Source: Octopus vulgaris
Lineage: Eukaryota
NCBI GenBank assembly: GCA_951406725.2
Contig: OX597829.1
Location: forward strand, 29,636,001 to 29,700,000
Reading direction: 5' to 3'
Length of the DNA stretch: 64,000 nt
The notes beneath the pieces are model-generated. The model searched no databases. It was not told the DNA's origin and saw only the letters and a list, made by a program, of their open reading frames with translations. Positions within the stretch are counted from its first letter, which is position 1. The number at the start of each line of letters is the position of its first letter. Positions 54,691 through 64,000 of this stretch are shown here, piece after piece. The translations under genes and the position numbers were made by a program.

Positions 54691-55322
54691 CACACAGCTG
54701 TTCTCTCTAAGAATGGGTCTCTCTCTTTCTCTCTGTAAAATGCACACACATACAAGCACATGTACATACTCCTTGTCTATCCTACATGAGATAGATGTGT
54801 TCCGTAGGTAGAGGTGGTTAAAAATGGAGATTCTTCATGCCCTCAACATTCAGGGACGTTTCTCTTAGTCAATCCAAAACTGACCAGAATTGCACGAAGT
54901 GTATTGCAGCAACTTTGCAATAAGACATTCATAACATATTGATTAGATTTAGCCAATTTTACAAATCTTTCCAACAAGCACCGTTATTTCCAGGAATTGT
55001 ACACCCGTCCAGTTATATGATTTCATCTTGGTGGTGAAGCTAGCAGAATCACGAGCATGCCAGACAAAATGCTTAGTGGCATTTTTGTCTGTCTTTATGT
55101 TCTGAGTTCAAATGCTGCTGAGCTCAACTTTGCTTTTCATTCTGTTGGGGGGTCAATGAAATAAGTACCAGCTAAGGACTAGGGTTGATGTATTCAACTA
55201 GTCCCCTCTTTTGAAATTTCAGGCCTTGTGCCTATAGTACAGAGGATTATACAATTCCATTTTTCAGAAGATGTTTGAAGAACAGTGTTAGATACAAAAT
55301 AAATGTGTTCAAGGGTCTAATG

Positions 55323-55848
55323 CATTGGTTCCCAACCCTTTTATTTAAATGAGTTTTCCAACAGACCCCTTTTAATGTTTATCCTTATATATATATATAC
55401 TAGCAGTATCGCCCGGTGTTGCTCAGGTTTGTTTTGACCCTTTAGAATTGGAATTTTTGAAAAGTAAAAATTTTGCATTATGTAGCTTGTTATTCTCTTT
55501 AAGTTAACATTTTTCTGGTTGAAATTCACTGAAAAATGGCGATACAGCAGTAAAAAAATCATAAAAAATAGGGATTTTCATTGAAAAAAAAGCACCTTTT
55601 TGATGTAAATAATTTTTGGCGTTAACATGGTCTACGGAAGGAAAAGCAAGCCTTTTTCTATCATACTCTCAATTTTGGTCAACTTGCACCGCAGGGTCTC
55701 GGAGGAGATAGTGTTAGTTGAAACCTACCAAACAGACAATTTCAGCTTTATATATATATAGATATATATTTTGAATTTAGTTCACAAACCCCCAATACTA
55801 CCTTTGCAGACCACCAGAGGTCTGCAGACCCCTGGTTGGGAACCACTG
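55323..55848. mobile_element. hAT-Charlie-like MITE interrupted by a Helitron
   Basis: TIRs CATTGGTTCCCAACC / GGTTGGGAACCACTG; TSD GTCTAATG / GTCTAGTG (7 of 8 match, central TA). Confidence 0.85.
55400..55762 (-). mobile_element. Non-autonomous Helitron, subfamily with a different interior
   Basis: Minus strand reads A|TCTATATATATATAAAGCTGAAATTG ... AAACCTGAGCAACACCGGGCGATACTGCTAG|T. Confidence 0.85.
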
Positions 55849-56771
55849 GTCTAGTGGATTGAGTATTGGATTCATATGATCTTGAGATTGTTTCAATTCC
55901 CAGATCAGACAGTACATTGTATTCTTGAGCAAAACACTTCATTTCACATTACCCTAGTACACTAACCTGGAAAAGATTACCAAAACAGTTGGTGATTAAC
56001 CCTATGATGCACTGAAATGAACTATTTAGGAGGAAAGTCTTGCACATTCTTTCATTCATACATGATGGAAACTATAATAAACTTTGGCTTAATGAGCCTG
56101 TAGATTCATGATTGATTTAAGAGCTATGTTAAATACATCAAGAGTACTTCTAGTCTGATTTGGAGAGCAGTATTTGCCATATCAGATTACAACTGGCAGC
56201 ATAAGATATATTTGAGGACTATCAACCCAATTCCATACATGGTAGTAATCCACACTTAGTTTGAAGTGGTTTATTGCTAGCTTAACATTGAATGTTTCTA
56301 AGTTGAGGCACAACCTTCAGTTTGCAGCGGCTGGTGATAGGAAGGGCATCTAACTGTAGAAACCATGCCAAAGCCGACATTGGAACTCAGTGCAACCCTA
56401 TGGCTTGTTGGTTCCTGTCGTTTCCTTTCCAACTCCAGTCAGCATGAAAACAGATATTAAATGATATGACTTGAAAACACGCACACGTTCCACCCTCTTA
56501 ATAAAGAAGAGTATGCATAATGCCCAATAGTGACTCCGTAAGAAGACAGTATGGTCATTGTTGGCATGCCTTTAGCCATGGGTCCACTAGATTAGGGCTG
56601 GCCTGGGGCTAAAGAACAAACACATGCACAAACACACATTCACTTGTGGTCCCACAAGCATACACACTGACACACAGTCACTCCTATTTCTTTCTTCCTT
56701 TCTTTCTACCACTCTTTCTCTCTCTTGCCCCAACTCCTCCACTTGTCTTTGTATTTCACACTTTCCCACCA

Positions 56772-57538
56772 AATCTCTCCCTTTCCTCTCCCTCTCTCCT
56801 CCCCCTCTCTCTCTCTCCTCTCCCTCCTCTCCCTCCTCTCTCCCTCCTCTCTCCTCTCTTTATCTCCCCTCTCTCTCCTCTCATCTCTCTCTCCTCTCCT
56901 CTCCATCTCTCTCCTCTTCCTCTCTCTCTCCTCTCTCTCCTCTTCCTCTCTCTCTCCTCTTCCTCTCTCTCCTCTTCCTCTCTCTCTCCTCTTCCTCTCT
57001 CTCTCTCTCTTCCTCCTCTCTCTCTCCTCTTCCTCTCTCTCTCCTCTTCCTCTCTCTCCTCTTCCTCTCTCTCCTCTTCCTCTCTCTCCTCTTCCTCTCT
57101 CTCCTCTTCCTCTCTCTCCTCTCCCTCTCTCTCTCCTCTTCCTCTCTCTCCTCTTCCTCTCGCTCCTCTTCCTCTCTCTCTCCTCTCTCTATCTCCCCTC
57201 TCCCTCTCTCTCCTTTCTCTATCTCCCCTCTCCCTCTCTCCCCTCTCCCTCTCTCCCCTCTCCCTCTCTCTCCTCTCCATCTCTCTCTCCTCTTCCTCTA
57301 TCTCCTCTTCCTCTCCCTCCTCTTCCTCTGTCTCTCCTCTTCTCTCTCTCCTCTTCCTCTCTCTCTCCTCTCTCTCTCTCCTCTCCCTCTCTCCTCTTCC
57401 TCTCTATCCTCTTCCTCTCTATCTCCCCTCCTCTCTCTCCTCTTTCTCTCGCCCCTCTCTCTCTCTCTACTCTCTCTACTCTCCCTCTCTCTCCCCTCTC
57501 TCCCCTCTCTCCTCCCCTCCCCCTTTCTCCCTCTCCCC
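56772..57538. repeat. ~770-bp polypyrimidine/polypurine (CT-rich) tract
   Basis: Almost pure C/T on the + strand, with a CTCTCTCTCCTCTTC sub-period. Confidence 0.95.
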
Positions 57539-59337
57539 ACAGTTCCACCACCATCAGCCAACAAATACTCTTGTGTATGAATATTCTATATCCATGTATG
57601 TAGTGTGAGATTACACTCATGCATGCACCACATACAGGTACACACACACACACACATGCACGCGGGCAGAGAAAGTCGTACAATTTGACAATGATAAAGA
57701 CTCTCTTTAGGGTCTTTTCTTTTTTATAAATTGTCATTATCGGAAGAAAATCTATTTTATTTCTTGTTTTAAGTGCCATCACTGAATGGCTTGTTGTCTT
57801 GTTGAGAACCGAAGATTCCATTTATGTCAGCCTGCAGACATGATTAATGTTTTTCTTTTTTTTTTACTCTCTATTTATGAACAAAGAACCAAAATTGCAA
57901 AACCAACAGTCTGCCATCGCCACCATCATCATCATCATCATCATCATCATCATTGAAGGTGGCCAGCTAACGGAATCATAAGCACACCAGAAAAAATGCT
58001 TAGAGGCATTTCATTCTGACTCAGATCCTGCCAAGGTTGACTTTACCTTTCATCCTTTCGGGGTCGATAAAATAAGTATCAGTTGAACACTGGGATCAGT
58101 GTAATTCATTTATCCTTGCCCCCAAAATTGCTGGCCTTGTGCCAAAATTTGAAACCATTACTACTACTACTACTACTATGACCAGTGTTGCTATTATCAT
58201 TATTATTTAATTAAAAACAAGAGTTCTTTGTTAATTTACCATGTTATGTTTGCCTGAATCTTGAGAGTTCTACAAGCTTTACCTGTTCTGGTATTATAGG
58301 ACTCTTGTTGTTAGTTCCAATGCAGGATCTGCAAACCTATGAACAAAGGCGTACCAAGTGCATGTGTGTGCGTGCATGTGTGTACACACACATATACTCT
58401 GTTGGATGTGCAACGTAAGCGCACATGTGCTAGAGATTGCTAGTGTATTGAGAGAAAAGCTAGGCATAAGAGGAATTAGATGCAGTATACAAGAGCGAAG
58501 ATTGCACTAGTTGGTCAAAACACTGGAATCTGGTGCAGCTTGTCAGCTCTAGCCAAACTGCCCAACACATGCCAGCATAGGAAACATGTTAAATGATGTT
58601 GATCACACATACACACACACACACACAGTCATCATCATGACCATCATTTAATGCTTGATTTCCATGCTGGCATAAGTCAGATGGTTTGACAGGAGCTGGG
58701 CAAAGCAGAGGATTATGTCAGACTCCACTGTTAGTTATGGCATGATTTCTATGGCTAGATACCTTTTAGGAAAGGTATCTAGCTCTCTTTACAGTGTTTA
58801 CTGGGTGCTTTTTTTATGAGGTTACCAAATAACTTGCAAGACTCCTCAACTGAGGTAGGGAATAGTATTGAGGGAAGTGGCTTTGTGCCAGGTGATGAGA
58901 GGTTAGAGTATGACAGAGGGACAGAAATTGCTGTCTCTGGCAATGAGGGAGATACGGGGGCTACACCAGTTGGAAAATGAGAAAGAAGTAGCACAAGAGA
59001 GAGAGAGATGGTAAAGATGTACTCTTAAGTTACAAGGAGGTGTATATAAATGATGCAGTACAGAGGATTGGATCATGTGCATGGGCAGGTAAGTTCACAA
59101 GAATGTGAAAGGAATGTGGGAGATGGAGGGAGGGGAATGCAGTGAGTGGACATGTGTGGAGGGAAGGATGTGTGTGTGTATACACACACAGGCATTTTTT
59201 GTAACCCCAATTTTCAAAACCTCATGTTCACGAATTGTAAATGCAAAATGGAAAAATTGGTTACCATGGCAAAGAGTGTCACTCTTTGTCTGGCAGCACC
59301 TGTTACCTTGAGTGATCACTTGCAACTGCTTTGTGAA

Positions 59338-60390
59338 TTTGAAGAAACTTTTCCTCGCCAATTAGATTTGATTGAAGAAGGCTTTATATCATCTGAAGTA
59401 TTTAATGTGGATGAGACAGCCCTACTTTGGAAATGAATGCCTTCAAGGACTTTTATTGAGAAAGCAAATTCTTCAATACCAGGATTCAATGCTGCAAAAG
59501 ATAGGATAACGTTGCTTCTGGCAGGAAATAGTGAAGGGGACTGCAAATTCAAGGCCATGCTTATTTATCGATCTGAAAAACCCCTGTGCTTTAAAAGGAA
59601 TTGGTAAGACGAAACTTCCTGTAATCTGGAAGCATAACAAGAGAGCTTCAATGACAGAAACTAAGTTTGAAGATTGGTTTTCTAATCACTTTGTTCCTGA
59701 AGTAGAAAAATATTGTAAGGATAAGAAAATCGTTTTCAAGATTCTTTTGATTATAGATAATACCCCCCAGTCATGCTGCATTTTTAAAGCATCACCATCA
59801 AAATATTAATGTTGTTCCTTTACCTCCCAATACAATTTCTTTATTGCAGCCATTGGGTCAAGGAGCTATTTTATTGTTTAAATCTTACTGTCTCCGTTTC
59901 ACTTTTGAAAGACTCATCAAAGTGACTAATAAAGAAAATGGTCCTACGATTTCAGAATTTTGGAAGAGTTTCAACATCCTTGATGCAATAAAACTGATTA
60001 AGAAAGCATGGGATAAAATTGCTATAAAGATCAAGAAAGGAATTTGGAAAAATTTCTGCCCCAAATTAATTGACAATTTTGAAGGATTTGATCATTTTCA
60101 TGAAGTTCTTCAAAAATAAACCGACAAGATCACAAACATTGCAAAGGAATTGAACTTGGAAATTTCAACTGATGATGTTAAAGAAGCTCTTTATGCTGAC
60201 AGTGATGAAATCACAAGTGAAGAATTGCTAAAAATGGACAAATTTGAATGTGAAGAAGAAAATGAAGAATTGCCCGAAAGATGCTTCTCTGCAAAAAAGC
60301 TAAATGAAGCATTTCTTCACATTGAAAAAGCAGTTGAAATCTTTGATCAGCAAGGTGTCGATTTTGAAAGAAGCTCCACTGTTGAGCTCT
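59338..60390 (+). pseudogene. Tigger/pogo DDE transposase remnant
   Basis: VFNVDETALLWK*MPSRTFI...KDRITLLLAGN...LPVIWKHNKRA...FVPEVEKY...ILLIIDN...LPPNTISLLQPLGQG...FWKSFNILDAI, with stops and frameshifts. No TIRs seen. Confidence 0.9.
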
Positions 60391-60503
60391 ATCAAATAAC
60401 TCCATCTGTTACAAACCTCTCTCTCTCTTAGTTTGTGTATGCTTTTTTTCTTTATTTGTGAAGAGGGAACATTTTAATGTTTCTTCCATTCTTTCTCTTT
60501 TTC

Positions 60504-60770
60504 TCATCATCATCATCGTTTAACATCCGTTTTCCATGCTAGCATGGGTTGGACAGTTCGACCAGGGTCTGGGAACCAGGAGGCTGTACCAGGCTCCAGT
60601 CTGATCTGGCGGTGTTTCAACAGCTGGATGCCCTTCCTAATGCCAACCACTCCATGAGTGTAGTGGGTGTTTTTTACGTGCCAGGGGAGGCTGGCAATGG
60701 CCACGATCGGTTGGTGCTTTTTACGTGCCACCGACACGGAAGCCAGTCAAGGTGGCGCTGGCATTGGCCA
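60504..60770 (-). mobile_element. SINE-like repeat with a (GAT)n tail (GGTTGGCATTAGGAAGGGCATCCAG...CATGCTAGCATGGAAAACGGATGTTAAAC family)
   Basis: Recurs at about 13.9, 14.7, 18.1, 34.55, 45.65, 48.2, 58.6 and 61.3 kb, in both orientations. Confidence 0.75.
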
Positions 60771-62458
60771 CATACAGATGTATATATTTTTATGTGTACA
60801 TGTGTGTGTATATGTTTTCCACCAGTGCCAAAATATACTGTCACCAAAAAAAGCTATCACCAACAAAGGTTGGTTCACTGTCCAGTCAGCCATGCCAAAT
60901 TGTCAGCATCCAAACAGGTGCACTGTATTGTCTCTTTCCGGAGTTAAACCAGAAGTATGTTAAGGACGATACCTATAATACTCTCTGTTTTGTTGACTCT
61001 AAGTAACCAAAAGAATATAGCAGAACTGTTCTGTGGCCAGTTAACCATATACCTCCTCTACAGCAAGTTACCTGTTTCTGTCTCACTATAACCTTTCTCC
61101 ATCTGACACAAGATCACCTCCTCCAATGTCACTTCCTCCCTCAAAGGATCTTTGTCTTGCAAAGTTACTTTGTGACCCTGCAAGTGCTGATGCCATGTAA
61201 AAAGCATCAAGTCCACACTCAGGCATCCAGCTGTAAAAACCATGCCAAAACTGACCTCACCTGTGCTTGTGCCACATAAAAAAGTACTCAGTCCACTCTG
61301 CTGGGTGGTTGGTGTCAGGAAGGGCATCCAGCCATAAAATCCCTGCCAAAATAGACACAGAAGTCTGATGCAGGCTGTCAAACTGTCCAACCCATGCCAG
61401 CATGGAAGGCAGATGTTAAACGATGATGATGATGATGTTGATGAGAGTGGACAAGAGAATGTTTGTGCATGCTTATAATATATTCAGCAATAAAATAGGT
61501 GCAGAGTGTGGTACCTTTGTCTGCTGGATCTTCATGAGATAGAAAATTTAACTAAATTTCAGAAAATTTAACTAAAATTACTTTTTGACTGGGAAAAAGT
61601 AAGAATATCTATTTCCCCAAACCAACTTTGTTCTCTTTGATGTTACACAAAAAAACATTAGTAATAATAGGTATCTTTGTTCAAATTTCATAAGTTCTAA
61701 CTTACAAGAGACCCTTCATAAAATCAGTTAGGGTTTTGTTGATTTAAGAAATTTCATTTTGATGTATGGTATGCTTTCAGAAGACATCAGAGGTGACATA
61801 TATTTGCTACTATAGGTGTTGAACGTAATATTGGTAGAAGTACCACCAATTGGGTGATTTAATTAAATGGTGTGTGGTAATTAATTAAATTGATTAATGA
61901 GAGAAGGCAGTGATCACCAGATGATAATAAAAATATGTGGAATTAGTAAAGTTTAAATAGAAGCAGCATTTGAAAGTGAGACAACTTAGAATATCACCAT
62001 TTGATATTGGAAGTAAAAATCAGGCATTATCTTGGAGCTATGAGATTTTGATGAGGTAGCTGTTGATTTTTAAAACGATATTGTAGGGCTGGTGCGAGAG
62101 ACCAGATCTGGCCAGTTTGAACATAAAACAGGTAGAATACTTTTGGCCTGATACGGCCGGTTTAAATGCTAATGGGTTAAACATTATACAACATTTATAC
62201 AATGTATTTCTGGATCATGGATCTAAGGGAGATAATTTGCTTATTTGTCTCAAAACATTCTACAACAGAAATACATGTAGCAGATATAACAGTGAAATTA
62301 TAAATGTTATAATAATTAGACACATCTTGACATTTCTCTAGAACTGAAAGGGAAAATGCAAAAAATTAAATTAATATTCACAATTCATAAGTAAAAACCT
62401 ATCTGCAAACTGTGGTCTATCTGTACCAATCTCTCTGTTCTTGAAGTTAGCAAATTAA

Positions 62459-62678
62459 CCCTTTTGTTACTGTATTTATTTTGAGATGCTCTGTGTTTCT
62501 TTCAATTATTTTAAACATAACAAAGAATTTAGTAAAATAACTCAGTTATCATTAAGTTAGTGTTAGGAACTTAAATTGTGACTAAGGCTTGGTGGAAGAT
62601 TTTAATTCAAAGCTTATGAAAACAAAACATTTGACCACTGAGCCAGAGCCGGTTTTGGCCGGGTTAGTAACAAAAGGG
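62459..62678. mobile_element. piggyBac-type MITE
   Basis: Perfect 13-bp TIRs CCCTTTTGTTACT / AGTAACAAAAGGG, each flanked by TTAA. Confidence 0.9.
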
Positions 62679-62797
62679 TTAATCACTTGTTGTCTACAGA
62701 ATATTGTGGATATAGTTAGAAAAACCAGCTATCCTAATTCTTAATTCTGAGTCAAACATTTATTTTGATTTATTGTTGTTGTTGTTGTATTCTTCAG

Positions 62798-62895
62798 GTG
62801 GTATGCAGCGAAGTATTGTTGGAGTTGCAGGTGATAGTGCTGGTGGAAACATTGCTGCAGCTGTTTGTCATGAAGTCCCAGGAATAGCTTTTCAG
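62798..62895 (+). CDS. Coding exon 4 of the GDXG esterase (catalytic Ser, GDSAGG)
   Basis: Acceptor TCTTCAG|GT; G+GT gives Gly. Encodes GGMQRSIVGVAGDSAGGNIAAAVCHEVPGIAFQ. Donor CAG|GTAAAC (phase 0). The exons for the catalytic acid and His are not in the window. Confidence 0.95.
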
Positions 62896-62957
62896 GTAAA
62901 CAATCATAATTGCAACTTGGCCTTTCTTTTCTCCACCTCCATCCATTATTCTGATTA

Positions 62958-63762
62958 CAGTGATCCCTCGCTACTTCGCGGTTCAACTATTGCGGATTCA
63001 TGACTTCGTGGATTTTTAACAAGGGACGTCCAGTGATTCACAACCTAAAAAACGTCCTTCTTCTGCTAGCAAAGGGTGGTTTGTTAAGTTTCAGAAACGC
63101 TTCGGCCTAAAAAGTGTTTCGCTGCATGGCGAGGCTGCTTTTGCTGACACGAGCGCTGCTGAAACATACATGAATGAAACTTTCAAGAAGATTGTCTCCG
63201 AAGGTGGATATAAACCCGAACAAGTTTTTGATATGGACGAGACTGGCTTGTTTTGGAAAAGTATGTCGTCGTGAACTTTCCTGTTCAAAGAGGAAGCAAA
63301 AGCCTCTGGCTTCGAAGCATACAAGGATTGTGTGACCCTCGTGATGTGTGGCAATGCTGCGGGATTTTTGTTAAAGCCAGGACTTATTTACAAGTCCTGC
63401 TGCTACTACTACGGTTGCACCTTCGGAAGAAGTGGAAGAGGTGTCCCAGGAAAGGGCACCGCCGTCAGCTTCATCATCATCATTTCTACTGCACAGCAAA
63501 TTCATCACCATCATCATCCAAATTTTACTTCAACAATCTTGATTTAAAAATTTCTTTTTAATCTAAAGTGTTATTGCTTAACAGTTGTCCTTGTTATTAA
63601 TAGACTACTGTAATGGGTGGGTTGTTAACAGTACAGGGAGGGTTTTAAAAGTCCAAATACACATTAAATAAATATTGTAAATATGGTGTCCCTACTTCGC
63701 GAAAATTCGGTTATCACGGCTGGTCTTCGAACCAATTTACTGCGATAAACGAGGGATCACTG
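62958..63762 (+). mobile_element. Internally deleted Tigger/pogo transposon (805 bp)
   Basis: TA|CAGTGATCCCTCG ... CGAGGGATCACTG|TA. Contains ASKGWFVKFQKRFGL...HGEAA...EQVFDMDETGLFWK...VTLVMCGNAAGFLLKPGLIY. Confidence 0.92.
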
Positions 63763-64000
63763 TATCCAGTTGTAGTCAAGTGGATTTGTCATTTTATATA
63801 TTGTTTTCATCATCACTGCCCTCACTGTTGTCACTGTCATCATCTTTTAATGTTTACTTTTCCATATATGAGTCAAATGAAATCTGTTAAGACAGATTTT
63901 CTATTGCTGGATGCCTTTCCTATTACCAAACCTCATCTCTTTGCAGGCAAGTTAATATTTCCCCACGATCAGATATGTTTTGCACAGAAAACTGGATACA

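Noticed and set aside
56624-57821. Long ORFs of 174-320 aa
   Set aside because: They are stop-free by-products of the CT/GA tract and give low-complexity S/L/P or E/R/G translations.
59146-60431. Domesticated TIGD-type gene
   Set aside because: In-frame stops and frameshifts, and no intact HTH region; this is a transposase relic.

Overview
AT-rich, microsatellite- and transposon-dense animal genomic DNA. The repeat repertoire looks like that of an octopod cephalopod, but this is an inference from pattern recognition. One protein-coding gene is supported: a + strand GDXG/HSL-family (Abhydrolase_3) esterase. Four of its coding exons (2422-2647, 32501-32633, 34934-35055, 62798-62895) splice in frame across GT-AG introns of about 29.9, 2.3 and 27.7 kb, giving 193 codons with HGGG, YRLAPE and GDSAGG motifs; the 3' end lies beyond the window. 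The introns hold a decayed Helitron Rep/helicase, three non-autonomous Helitrons, Tigger/pogo and mariner remnants, hAT and piggyBac-type MITEs with target-site duplications (TSDs), RTE LINE fragments, many tRNA-derived SINEs, and mini/microsatellites. The most unusual signal is a family of ~230-bp loopless fold-back elements sitting in (TA)n tracts (9672-9898 and 32136-32364). Each arm carries a minimal hammerhead-ribozyme-like core resembling those of Penelope-like retroelements, and the two arms vary in concert within each copy. Also notable are an inverted SINE pair bracketing exon 2 and a two-template insertion mosaic at about 20.1 kb.
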